Assembly: GCA_031426555.1 (NCBI GenBank)
Contig: JANPLN010000007.1
Location: 1 to 15,585, forward strand
DNA length: 15,585 bases
From: Bdellovibrionales bacterium
Lineage (GTDB): Bacteria; Bdellovibrionota; Bdellovibrionia; Bdellovibrionales; JAGQZY01
Reading direction: 5' to 3'
The notes beneath the pieces are model-generated. The model was not told the origin of the DNA. It worked only from the letters and a program-made list of their open reading frames with translations, and made no database searches. Below, in pieces: positions 1-9,175 of the stretch (its first letter is position 1; every line of letters starts with the position of its first letter). Position numbers and translations under genes: made by a program.

Positions 1-585
1 CTCGCCGCCAGTCAGCTCCAACGGATCAAGGATGCCGGCGTGCCACTGACTATTTGTGTAGATAAAGTGGCTGCCAGCGGCGGATATATGATGGCTTGCC
101 TTGCCGATAAAATTATTGCCGCTCCCTTCGCAATTATCGGCTCTGTGGGGGTTGTTGCCAGCGTTCCCAACTTTAACAAAATCTTAAAAAAGAACGATGT
201 GGATTACTATCAAATCACCTCTGGTAAATTTAAGCGCACCCTCACTCTAATGGGCGAAGTGACCGCTGAAGGTCTTGAAAAGTTTAAAGAAGACGTCGAA
301 GAAACCCACGAACTCTTCAAAAAGCACATTAAAACTTTCCGCCCTCAGGTTGACATCGAGCGCATCGCCACGGGCGAACATTGGTTTGGGCAAACGGCGC
401 TGCAGTTAAATTTAGTCGACGCCCTTGGCACCTCTGACGACTACCTCTTTAAGCAAAGCGTCCATCGCGACATTAAAGAAGTTTCCTTCAGTGTGAAGAA
501 AACTCTTAAGGATAAAATCGCCGAAGGCTTGGCCCTCTCTATCAATCGTGTGACTGATACGGTGCTGGACAATCTTCGCAAGTAA
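1..585 (+). CDS. sohB: SohB-family S49 serine peptidase, 5'-truncated by the window edge
   Basis: The frame is open from base 1 (LAASQLQRIKDAGVPLTICVDKVAASGGYMMACLAD). It has the S49 motifs AASGGY, GSVGVV, GKFKRTLT and ATGEHWFG, typical of SohB. Confidence 0.92.
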   Translation, partial: LAASQLQRIKDAGVPLTICVDKVAASGGYMMACLADKIIAAPFAIIGSVGVVASVPNFNKILKKNDVDYYQITSGKFKRTLTLMGEVTAEGLEKFKEDVEETHELFKKHIKTFRPQVDIERIATGEHWFGQTALQLNLVDALGTSDDYLFKQSVHRDIKEVSFSVKKTLKDKIAEGLALSINRVTDTVLDNLRK

Positions 586-588
586 TCG

Positions 589-1044
589 TTAGTTCATCAG
601 TGCGAACTCGCGTTTGTTAATTTTCTCTCTGATTTCAAAAAAGCTAAAATTTGGGCGCTTTTGATCAAGATCGCGGCCGGACATAAATATCACAGGTGTT
701 TTGTGCGACGGCGACTTCATCATTTGGGCCGTTGAATCGTAATCGATAAAACGATCTGCTTCGCGAATCACGGAGTCGCCGTTAAGCCCAGGCATATTTT
801 GGTCAATGTAGATCTTTTCGTAATTCTCGTCAGTTAAAGAGATGACCGCCTCGTAGGGATCAGAAATTGTCACGCATGTGATGTGAGGCTCCAGCTTCTC
901 TAGCTTGTATTTTAAGAGATCTGCAAAATCTTTATCATCATCGACGATGAGAACGCGTTTTTTATGCGGTCGAACTTTTTCGAGAGTGTGCTTTTTTGTT
1001 TGCTCACCAATCGACATCCGCACTGGACTTTGAACTGCTTCCAT
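589..1044 (-). CDS. Single-domain response regulator (receiver domain)
   Basis: VLIVDDD acidic pocket, phosphoacceptor Asp in IYIDQNMPGLNG, PVIFMSG Ser and a late Lys (INK); no output domain. Strong SD AGGAGG at 1051-1056 on the minus strand. Confidence 0.88.
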   Translation of the reverse strand: MEAVQSPVRMSIGEQTKKHTLEKVRPHKKRVLIVDDDKDFADLLKYKLEKLEPHITCVTISDPYEAVISLTDENYEKIYIDQNMPGLNGDSVIREADRFIDYDSTAQMMKSPSHKTPVIFMSGRDLDQKRPNFSFFEIREKINKREFALMN

Positions 1045-1085
1045 TACTTTCCTCCTGTTTGAGTGATCGTTACAAAAGGATCAAA

Positions 1086-1102
1086 TGCAACCGCGATGCC
1101 TA
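1086..1102 (-). promoter_or_regulatory. Sigma54 (-24/-12) promoter of the response regulator
   Basis: Minus strand reads TAGGCATCGCGGTTGCA, with exact GG-N10-GC spacing and GGCA and TTGCA matching the consensus TGGCAC-N5-TTGCW. It lies about 40 nt upstream of the ATG. Confidence 0.72.
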
Positions 1103-1224
1103 CCCGCGCAGCTTTTAAATTTAATCTCAAATCAAAAAAGAAAAGTAAGCACTGAAAAAATGGACGTCCAGCACAAAAAAAGAACACGTCTCGAAATTAA
1201 ACACGACCCGCACTTTTTTTTGAA

Positions 1225-2079
1225 CTAAAGAAATTGGAGACACTTCCAGCCTGAATCGCTCAGTAGCCGGCGCATCTCTGTTTCATCTCGGCACGCGATG
1301 TAATTCGGCGGTTCCCAGAGAGGAAGTTTCTCGCCGTCTTCCACGTTTAAGATTTGCAAGCCGCGAAACCCTTTGTAAAGGCGAAAAATTTTAAATCCTT
1401 GAGTTCCTAAAAATTCGATCACGGGCGACTTAGAATGGTGAAAGTCTTCAAACACAACATACTCTGTGACAGCGAGTACTTTTTCGGCGCCTTTAAAAAC
1501 TTCCAGCTCGTGCCCCTCAACATCAATCTTTATCAACTGGATTTTTTTATCGAGCACAACTCGATCCAGCATCCGCACCGGAACCTGCACCACTTTCGAA
1601 TTTTCGCTTTTTTCTAAGCTGGCAGTGCCTTCGTTTTTATTAAAGTCCACGGGGATGTAGAGATCCATATGGCCCTCCTGCGACGACAGAGCCACAGGAT
1701 GCAGCACACACTGCTCGCGCTTGCGAAGGTGCTGTTGCCATTTTTTTTGCAAGGCTGGGTGAGGTTCAAAACAATGAACCATTCCATAGGAGCCCACTCG
1801 ATACCCCATCACTTGACTAAAGTACCCGATGTTGGCGCCCACATCGACGACGCGATCTCCCGTTTTTGTTAAGCGCCAAATGGTTTCGGTGAGCGCTAAA
1901 TCGTAAAGACCAAAATCGACCAATGCGCGGCCAATGGTTTCTTTAGGATTGACCACAAATTTTTGCCCAAGAATTTCAACAGTTAAACTCTTGCTAGGCT
2001 TTGGTCTTAATAGCGAAAATATCTTTTTTACTAAACTCGCCGGTCGATAAAAATACTCAGGTTTATTAAGGATTCTCAA
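1225..2079 (-). CDS. FkbM-family SAM methyltransferase
   Basis: Motifs VVDVGANIGYFS, FEPHP and IKIDVEGHELEVFKG. The TTG start is uncertain. Confidence 0.9.
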   Translation of the reverse strand: MRILNKPEYFYRPASLVKKIFSLLRPKPSKSLTVEILGQKFVVNPKETIGRALVDFGLYDLALTETIWRLTKTGDRVVDVGANIGYFSQVMGYRVGSYGMVHCFEPHPALQKKWQQHLRKREQCVLHPVALSSQEGHMDLYIPVDFNKNEGTASLEKSENSKVVQVPVRMLDRVVLDKKIQLIKIDVEGHELEVFKGAEKVLAVTEYVVFEDFHHSKSPVIEFLGTQGFKIFRLYKGFRGLQILNVEDGEKLPLWEPPNYIACRDETEMRRLLSDSGWKCLQFL

Positions 2080-2091
2080 TTTAATACCGAT

Positions 2092-2208
2092 GCCTATAGA
2101 GTGTTTGTATATAACTAATTTTATAACATCCTTCTCGTTTTGTACGCAAGTTCTGTTGTTGTGAATAAGGCCTTAACTTACAGGCCTATAGGATTGTTTG
2201 TATAAACA
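2092..2208. repeat. Imperfect ~24-bp direct repeat in the divergent promoter region (candidate operator pair)
   Basis: GCCTATAGAGTGTTTGTATATAAC (2092-2115) versus GCCTATAGGATTGTTTGTATAAAC (2184-2207). The second copy contains the near-palindrome TGTTTGTATAAACA (2195-2208). Confidence 0.6.
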
Positions 2209-2247
2209 CTTAATGAAAATCTTAGAACGAGGCGATAGGATTAAGTT

Positions 2248-4635
2248 ATGGAAAATACACAAGAACAAAAAAGAAAACCCGCAAATCCAAGTCGTATTCA
2301 GGAATTTTCTGAAAAACGTGCGCTTTTTGTAGCTTCGATCGAAGTCTTGAAAGCAAAAAAAGGATTTATTTTACTAACATTCCTACTCGCCACAACGGGT
2401 ACAATGCTCGGCCATTTTTTACAAACAACGACGTACACCGCATCGTCGTCATTGTTTGTTCAAAATTTGGAAGAGCCCACAGCTGCCGAATATCTCCTGA
2501 ATCATCAAGTCGGCCGGCTGAATAAAGCGGACCGGGTCGAAACCTACATGCGCTATTTAAGTTCGGACTCGTTCTTTTTAACCGTGGCGCAGAAATTAAA
2601 ATTCCACGAAGAGTTCAATCAGTTAAATTTAATTCCTATGGACACGGCCTCACCGTGGAGTTTGCAGTTTTGGAAAGCCAAACTTGCAGGAAACTCGCAA
2701 CCAGTCAATAAGCCTGCTCCAATCGATAATAGTAAGTTAAATTCGGCCGAAATTGTTAATTTGATTCGACCAATGATAACCTACGACACCGACTACAGCC
2801 ATTTTGTTTTTGTACGCGTGAAAACCTTGGAGCCCCACGCAGCCCAGATCATTGCAAATATCGCGGCAGAAGAATTTGTAAACATCACGAACGAACGCGG
2901 TATCCAAGAAATCGAACAGATCCGCACCTTTGTTGAAAACAAAATCACGGAGACCCAAGAGCGATTGCGTGCGACCGAACTTGATCTTATTGATTTTAAA
3001 AAGAAAAATAGTTTAATCTCCACCGATAGAAATTCCAACCTTGTTGCCGAACGCTATTCCCGCATATCTTCAGAACTTGAAACCGCCCGCTTACAATTTG
3101 AAGAAAACGAAAAAATGATTGTTTTTTTTGAAAACGGACAAAAAAATCGTTTGGATTCAGGCGAAAAAGAGAATTTGACTACGTATGGCGTTAAAGAGAC
3201 AACGATCGTCCTGCAGAAAAAATTGGACCAATTAAAACGCGAAAAAGCGACAATCAACGCTCAAGAAGACAAAAACCAAGCGAACCGCCTGCAAGATATC
3301 GATCGCGAAATTAGCAGAACCTATCAAGCATTCAAAGTCTACTCCAATAAAATTGGTCGTGAGAATTTGTTTTTTTATATGAACCCGCAAAAGCTCCAAC
3401 AAAAAATCAACGAGCTTAAAGAAGAAAACGAAATGCTCAAGACAAAGATATCCACTGTGTCGAAGGCGTCTGACGAAGTGAAAGCGCAAATTGAAAAAAT
3501 CCCAGTTTTAGCGCAAAAACAAATCCTTCTAGAAAACAGCATTACTCTTGATTCTGAGAACTACACGAACCTAAAAAACAAACTCACAGAGCTGGATATT
3601 CAGCGAATCTCGCAAAAGAAAGAGGTTCGTGTTGATCAAGTGGCTCAGCTGCCGACCGCCAACCAAAAGGGAAATATTTTTCTAAAGCTCATTTTTTCGG
3701 CTTTCATATCTCTCTTTTTGGGAATCTGTATTATTATTGGGATTGAAGCCCTCGACCCTACAATCAAACATCGCTCGGATCTCAGCGATTGCAACCTTGA
3801 GTTTATCGGTGAAATTCCATTAATTCATTCCTTTATAGAAAAGGCTGCAAAGCAAAACTTTGCTCATCCCAACAAACTTGTTTGCGTGAAAATTCCCGAA
3901 TCCATTGAGTCCATGGCCTTCAAGTACATTCGTGCCCGCTTGGAATCTTATAAATACAAATTCAAAAAGAATCATATGATCGTAAGTGTTACGAGCAGTG
4001 GTGTTAGCGAAGGTAAGTCTTTTATATCTGCCAACACCGCAGTTTGCCTTTCACAGCTTAAGCGCAAAACACTTTTAATCGATGCCGATCTTCGCCGCCC
4101 TTCACAGAACGGCTATTTTGACGTAAATCCACAGTACGGTTTGGTGGATCTTTTAAACACTTCGAAAACTTTAGACGACGTCATTGTAAAAAATCTTTAT
4201 CCAGATTTAGATTATCTTCCTGCTGGTTTTTGCACAGCCAATTCCACCGAGATTCTGAGCACCGAAACTTTCAAAGCGCTTTTAAACTACTTAAAGACCG
4301 AGTATGAATATGTCATCATCGATTGCCCTCCTATTTTTGCTGCGGTTGATGCTGCAATCATGGGCAGCTATAGCGACATTCCCATCATCATCGCTAACTT
4401 TCGTGAGACAAAGAAAGTTCACCTAAACGATGCTTATAATCAGATTTTGCAGGTCTCCTACAAACGTGTTTTTGCGATTATCAATAAGGCTATTGTCAGT
4501 ACGTCTCGCTTCCATTATTATGGATATCATAACTACTCGAAGGCAGACAGTAACTTGGCTCCGATGGCCGATGTAAGTATCGACCCCAAAGATATTGATA
4601 AGTTTTTAGAGAAAATTAAGCGAAAGACAAGCTAA
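2248..4635 (+). CDS. wzc: Wzc/GumC-like polysaccharide co-polymerase with BY-kinase domain
   Basis: Two hydrophobic segments flank a long coiled-coil periplasmic region. Walker A SSGVSEGKS, Walker A' LLIDADLRRP, Walker B YVIIDCPP, and Tyr cluster FHYYGYHNY. Confidence 0.92.
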   Translation: MENTQEQKRKPANPSRIQEFSEKRALFVASIEVLKAKKGFILLTFLLATTGTMLGHFLQTTTYTASSSLFVQNLEEPTAAEYLLNHQVGRLNKADRVETYMRYLSSDSFFLTVAQKLKFHEEFNQLNLIPMDTASPWSLQFWKAKLAGNSQPVNKPAPIDNSKLNSAEIVNLIRPMITYDTDYSHFVFVRVKTLEPHAAQIIANIAAEEFVNITNERGIQEIEQIRTFVENKITETQERLRATELDLIDFKKKNSLISTDRNSNLVAERYSRISSELETARLQFEENEKMIVFFENGQKNRLDSGEKENLTTYGVKETTIVLQKKLDQLKREKATINAQEDKNQANRLQDIDREISRTYQAFKVYSNKIGRENLFFYMNPQKLQQKINELKEENEMLKTKISTVSKASDEVKAQIEKIPVLAQKQILLENSITLDSENYTNLKNKLTELDIQRISQKKEVRVDQVAQLPTANQKGNIFLKLIFSAFISLFLGICIIIGIEALDPTIKHRSDLSDCNLEFIGEIPLIHSFIEKAAKQNFAHPNKLVCVKIPESIESMAFKYIRARLESYKYKFKKNHMIVSVTSSGVSEGKSFISANTAVCLSQLKRKTLLIDADLRRPSQNGYFDVNPQYGLVDLLNTSKTLDDVIVKNLYPDLDYLPAGFCTANSTEILSTETFKALLNYLKTEYEYVIIDCPPIFAAVDAAIMGSYSDIPIIIANFRETKKVHLNDAYNQILQVSYKRVFAIINKAIVSTSRFHYYGYHNYSKADSNLAPMADVSIDPKDIDKFLEKIKRKTS

Positions 4636-5166
4636 ATGAAAAATTTCATCAAGATCCTCACCGTTGTTGGCTATCTTCTTAGTACTCAATCTTCGGCTTT
4701 TGCCGGCACGAGAGATCTCGTTTCGAGCTTTGAAAGTCTACAGAGCGAATCTTTCAATCGCTTCACGGCTGGGAGCGAATTTATGGCGGGCCAGGAGGCT
4801 GGAACCGTCATGATGAAGGTGAATCTTTGGGGCGCGGTTCGCAAACCCGGCATTTACCACGTTCCCGTAAAAACTGATTTTGTGGCGTTGATGTCTTTTG
4901 CCGGCGGACCGAGTGACAATGCGATTATCGAAGATATCACTATCAAGCGCCAACAAGGTAACAAACAAACCCGCATCAACGTGGATTTAAGCCAATTGAT
5001 TCACGGCGAGTTCAATGGCAACCTCACACTCCAGCCGGATGATATCATTGTTGTACCTGCCGATGAACCGTGGATTAGTCAGAACGCATTCACAGTTGCC
5101 ATCTTCGCTTCGACACTGGCGAGTATTATATTAAGCGCTGTGCTGATCGATGCAAATACAGATTGA
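4636..5166 (+). CDS. Short SLBB-domain polysaccharide export (Wza/OPX-like) protein
   Basis: Signal peptide ending SAFA, SLBB/beta-grasp motif VNLWGAVRKPGIYHV...AGG, LQPDDIIVVP, and a C-terminal hydrophobic helix. The ATG directly follows the wzc stop. Confidence 0.8.
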   Translation: MKNFIKILTVVGYLLSTQSSAFAGTRDLVSSFESLQSESFNRFTAGSEFMAGQEAGTVMMKVNLWGAVRKPGIYHVPVKTDFVALMSFAGGPSDNAIIEDITIKRQQGNKQTRINVDLSQLIHGEFNGNLTLQPDDIIVVPADEPWISQNAFTVAIFASTLASIILSAVLIDANTD

Positions 5167-5203
5167 GTCGCTTATTTTTGAGCGACTATTTTTGAGCGAC
5201 TAT
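5166..5203. repeat. 14-bp tandem duplication plus hairpin between convergent genes (possible terminator)
   Basis: TATTTTTGAGCGAC at 5173-5186 and 5187-5200. AGTCGCT (5166-5172) is the reverse complement of AGCGACT (5181-5187 or 5195-5201). Confidence 0.75.
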
Positions 5204-5875
5204 AATCATATTGTCGCTGAAGCGAAGACCTTTTAAAAGACCCAGAGAAATCTTTTGCCACGTGTATTTGGGAGCCGCTGGTACCATTCCAGAATCGGTA
5301 AAGGTCACTTCCATGCGCTTAAAACCACACTCTTTAAGGATACGATAGATATCCACTTGATTGAGAGCCGTGATATGCGCGGGGTACGAAGAATCTGTAA
5401 ACGCCACAAAATGTCCGCGAAAAATATACGAAAGAATCGAGCGCCAGCTTTCGTTATTGGGTGTGGTTAAAACCAACAAACCATCGGGTTTCAGCACTCT
5501 GGCCAAATCGCGAACGATTTGTCGTGGGTTTTCTAAATGCTCTATCACTTCAATGCACGACACCACATCAAACTGTGCGTCTTTGAACTGCAATTTTTTA
5601 TTTAAATCTTGCACATACCAGTTTACGCTTTCGACTTTGGAGTACATCAAATCCACACCGTGATACATAAATTTAAAAGGTCCGCGCACCATACCTTTTA
5701 AGAAATCTCCCTGCCCGGCACCGAAATCTAAAAGCTGTCCGTTCTCTGGGCCGTAAGTTTTTATCACCTCTTGCACTTTTTTATAAATCACGTCGTGACT
5801 GATTCCCAAACTTTGTTGGACAGCGGGGGTAAGCTTTTCGTTGATCTCGGGGGTTTTTAATAGGGCGTTGGACAT
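5186..5875 (-). CDS. Class I SAM-dependent methyltransferase (Methyltransf_11/23-like)
   Basis: Motif I LLDFGAGQG, plus FDVVSCIEVIEHLENP and LKPDGLLVLTTPN. Confidence 0.9.
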   Translation of the reverse strand: MSNALLKTPEINEKLTPAVQQSLGISHDVIYKKVQEVIKTYGPENGQLLDFGAGQGDFLKGMVRGPFKFMYHGVDLMYSKVESVNWYVQDLNKKLQFKDAQFDVVSCIEVIEHLENPRQIVRDLARVLKPDGLLVLTTPNNESWRSILSYIFRGHFVAFTDSSYPAHITALNQVDIYRILKECGFKRMEVTFTDSGMVPAAPKYTWQKISLGLLKGLRFSDNMIIVAQK

Positions 5876-5952
5876 AATAAAATTGTAAACAATTGTTAAA
5901 AGCTACAAAAGCAGCATTTGAATTTCTAGACGGCCAGTGCTTGAATAGACCT

Positions 5953-7092
5953 ATGAAAAAAAATATTCTTTATGTCTGCCCGTCCTCTGGTCTAGGAGGA
6001 GCGGAAACTTTTTTAAAGACCACGTTCACCTATCACGATCGAAATCGATTTTCGCCTACGTATCTGTTATTTCAACAAGGCCCTTTCGCAGACTGGCTCA
6101 AAGCCAACAACGCTGATTACGACGTTCTCCCACAGCGCCCACGACTGTCACGTCCCTTCAGCATCGTTAGTACCCACCATTGGATCCAGCAACACATAGC
6201 AAAAACATCAGCGCATGTGGTGCATTCCACAATGGCCTATGGGGCGCTGTTTGCAAGCTATGCAGCGCGAGGCTCTCGTCGGCCCCACGTGTGGTTTCAG
6301 CATGGTCCTGCCTCGGGGTGGATGGATCAGGCGGCGGCTCTTCTTCCCCATGCGGGCGTCTTAGTGAATTCCGAATTCACTTTGCAAACACAAAAAAAAC
6401 TGGAAAAAAACCTATCGCTTTTGCTTTCTAACCACCGTTTCTTCGAAAAGGTGGACCTTGGCACCCCAGAACCGGTGCACACCCAGGACGAGAGTGCGGA
6501 GTTTCGTAAAAAAATTTTTGTCGAACATCAACTTTCCTCCAACACTGTGATATTTTCCATGGCCTGCCGCCTGCAAAAATGGAAAGGTGTGGAGCTGGTT
6601 ATCGAGGCTGTGCGCAAACTCCGGGAAAAACCTTTGTTCGTGATAATCTACGGCGATACTTTTGATTCCGAAGACTATGTACAACAGTTAAAAGCGTCGG
6701 CTCAGGGACTCCCGCTTTATTTTGCGGGCTCGGTAAAAAACGTACCCCTCGCTTTTTCGGCAAGCGACGTTGTGATCAATGCATCACTTCAACCAGAGCC
6801 TTTTGGGTTAAGCATTATCGAATCTCTTTCGGTGGCGCGTCCAGTAATCGTTCCCAACGAGGGCGGCCCTCTCGAAATTATTCAAGATCAAAAATGCGGA
6901 TTGTTTTTTGCCGCACGTTCCGCGCACAGCCTGAGCGAAAAAATGCTATGGATGTTGGCCGATGGCGAACGTCGAATGCAAATGCAAAAAAACGCGAGCG
7001 AACGATATCAAAAGCACTACACGGCGAAGAACATGATGCAGCAGCTTGAAAGCGTGTACAACCGTTTGGCACCAATCAATGTTGCAAACTGA
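5953..7092 (+). CDS. GT4 (GT-B) glycosyltransferase
   Basis: N-terminal ILYVCPSSGLGGAE, RLQKWKG, and the EX7E motif EPFGLSIIE. Start moved to ATG 5953 (MKKNILY), in frame with the TTG at 5893. Confidence 0.9.
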   Translation: MKKNILYVCPSSGLGGAETFLKTTFTYHDRNRFSPTYLLFQQGPFADWLKANNADYDVLPQRPRLSRPFSIVSTHHWIQQHIAKTSAHVVHSTMAYGALFASYAARGSRRPHVWFQHGPASGWMDQAAALLPHAGVLVNSEFTLQTQKKLEKNLSLLLSNHRFFEKVDLGTPEPVHTQDESAEFRKKIFVEHQLSSNTVIFSMACRLQKWKGVELVIEAVRKLREKPLFVIIYGDTFDSEDYVQQLKASAQGLPLYFAGSVKNVPLAFSASDVVINASLQPEPFGLSIIESLSVARPVIVPNEGGPLEIIQDQKCGLFFAARSAHSLSEKMLWMLADGERRMQMQKNASERYQKHYTAKNMMQQLESVYNRLAPINVAN

Positions 7093-7987
7093 TGAAGTGT
7101 TTTTTAATTTCTTTGGAATCCCAATTTTCGAGAATTTTTTGCTGGCGTTTTTCGTTCACCACAAACACGTTGGCCTGCTCGATTTGCGAAAAGCTATCGA
7201 CCCAGTGACTACGCTCTACCACATCCCCCACTTGAAAAAATTGATAGCCTAACTTTTTAAAAAATAAAAAGATCTCATCGGGGCTGTAACCAAAACGTTC
7301 ACAAGCTTTGCGATTGATTTCAATTAAAAACTGGGGTCGTAAACGCTCGATTGTTTTTTGTGCGCCCTTCAATGCGGACAACTCCGCACCTTCAATATCC
7401 ATTTTTATAAAATCAAGTTTTGTAAAACCCGCACAAAACTCATCCAGGGGGAAAACGGCACAAGATTCCCGATGAAGTGCGTGTTCAACCTTGCCTGCGG
7501 TGAAGGAACCCACGTTATCTTCCATGCTTTCATCCAACGAAAACTGCAAAAAATCCTTTTCGTGCCACAAACCATTATTTTGCAGCTGAATTTTATGAAT
7601 GTGTGGAGAAAAAGAAATATTATGTTTCAATATGGCGAAGTTTTTGGGAACAGGTTCAAAGCCGAAAACTTTTCCGGATTTCACTTTTTGTGCCATGAGT
7701 AAAGTATAGAAGCCGATATTGGCGCCAGCATCCACAACCACATCGTTCTCTTCGAGCAGATTTTGCAACAAAAATGATTCGATCGGTTCGTAGGCACCAA
7801 AAAAGTAAATCTGCCGTTGCACGTGATCATGCAGATCACACTCGATGTTTGTATCTCCTAATATTTGCGTAAACTGTTTTTTATTTCTAAAGAGATAGGA
7901 GTACTTATCCACGCACTGGTAAAGCCAACCCAACGCGACCCCGGTTCTTGCCCACAGCCGAAAGATGAAGATCAAAGTGTTTTTCAT
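7076..7987 (-). CDS. FkbM-family SAM methyltransferase
   Basis: Motifs VVDAGANIGFYT, FEPVP and IKMDIEGAELSALKG. ATGA overlap with the upstream GT, and a 17-bp convergent overlap with the GT ending at 7092. Confidence 0.9.
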   Translation of the reverse strand: MKNTLIFIFRLWARTGVALGWLYQCVDKYSYLFRNKKQFTQILGDTNIECDLHDHVQRQIYFFGAYEPIESFLLQNLLEENDVVVDAGANIGFYTLLMAQKVKSGKVFGFEPVPKNFAILKHNISFSPHIHKIQLQNNGLWHEKDFLQFSLDESMEDNVGSFTAGKVEHALHRESCAVFPLDEFCAGFTKLDFIKMDIEGAELSALKGAQKTIERLRPQFLIEINRKACERFGYSPDEIFLFFKKLGYQFFQVGDVVERSHWVDSFSQIEQANVFVVNEKRQQKILENWDSKEIKKHFISLQH

Positions 7988-9075
7988 CGCGCTAATACCT
8001 TTTCGTAAAGAGTGAGAGTTTCAGTGATACATTGGTCCCACGAGAATCTTTTGGAGCGTTGAAAACTCGCTTCGGCGAGCTTCGCCGTATCGGCTTGGCT
8101 AAAGAGCCAGTTGATTTTATCAACAATACTCTGCCGGCTATAAGGATCAAACGTGCAGTCATCTTGGGCCACCACTTCTTTCAGACTGGTGTTTGCCGAA
8201 ACCAAAATCGGTTTCCTCATTTGCATCGCCTCCACAGCTTGCAATCCAAAGCCCTCGTAAAAGCTCGGGTAGATGAAAGCAAAACAATAATGGTATAGAC
8301 TCGGAAGGTCTTCGTCATCCACGTAGCCTATGCCGAAGATGTTATCACCTTTTACGTTTTGACTCCCCTGCCCGGCCAGGAGCAAGGGTTTGGCTCTCGT
8401 GGACTGGCAATAGGCAGTGATTAAGCCATCAATGTTTTTGCGCTCTTCAAAACCGCCCACGTAAAATAACGAGTCCTTTACAAAAGCAGGATATTTATTT
8501 TCTATCTCGGCCAACGGCTTTACATTTTGTTCCGTAAAGTGCTGGTCGGCCCCTTCGTAAATGACCTGAATCTTTTCCTGGGGAATCCCATAGTGTTTCA
8601 TCAAGTCTGATTTTGCATGTTCACTCACTGTGATGATTGCATCCGCCGCCTTTTGCGACAACCAATTGAACGCACGCAGTTTTCGATCGGTCAGAGTCCA
8701 TCTTTGGAAAAAACTTTTTTGCGCATCGTGGAAAGATTTAGAAATCGCATCGTGAATCGTTAGGACTTTTTTAGTTTTTCCAAGCACGGGTAAACCGTAA
8801 TTGATTGGACAGTGCAGAATATCCAACTGCTGCATGTGCGCCAAGTTTGGCAAGACTCTCTGCTCCCAGTCAAAATAACTTCGCCCGCTTTGGCAAACAA
8901 GACTCACCTTTGCAGACTCATAAAACGAAGTATTGATTGGCTTGTCGGAAAGCAAGACCACTTGCACGTCTTTTTGTACCAACCCACGGATGAGCTCCAT
9001 GGTGTATCGACTCCAGCCACGCACTTGTTTTGTATCAAGAATTCGGGCGGTAATGCCCACTTTTAATTTTTTCAC
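7984..9075 (-). CDS. GT4 glycosyltransferase, MtfB/WbpY-like (mannosyl/rhamnosyl-transferase-like)
   Basis: Motifs VLTIHD, IITVSE, ERKNI and YPSFYEGFGLQAVEAM. The start is probably GTG 9075 (MKKLKVGI) after purine-rich AGGGAAA; the ORF track extends to 9129. Confidence 0.88.
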   Translation of the reverse strand: MKKLKVGITARILDTKQVRGWSRYTMELIRGLVQKDVQVVLLSDKPINTSFYESAKVSLVCQSGRSYFDWEQRVLPNLAHMQQLDILHCPINYGLPVLGKTKKVLTIHDAISKSFHDAQKSFFQRWTLTDRKLRAFNWLSQKAADAIITVSEHAKSDLMKHYGIPQEKIQVIYEGADQHFTEQNVKPLAEIENKYPAFVKDSLFYVGGFEERKNIDGLITAYCQSTRAKPLLLAGQGSQNVKGDNIFGIGYVDDEDLPSLYHYCFAFIYPSFYEGFGLQAVEAMQMRKPILVSANTSLKEVVAQDDCTFDPYSRQSIVDKINWLFSQADTAKLAEASFQRSKRFSWDQCITETLTLYEKVLAR

Positions 9076-9175
9076 TTTCCCTAACACTAACACTGTCTTT
9101 CGCGAACGCATAGCAGAGTGGCTAGACAAAGGTCTTCGTGGTTGACCTGCTGTTGGGCTTCCTCAAAAATAGAGT

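Noticed and set aside
3122..3129. T8 tract in wzc (similar 8-mers at 1741 and 6392) as phase-variation sites
   Set aside because: A/T runs of 7-8 are common throughout this window and all reading frames are intact.
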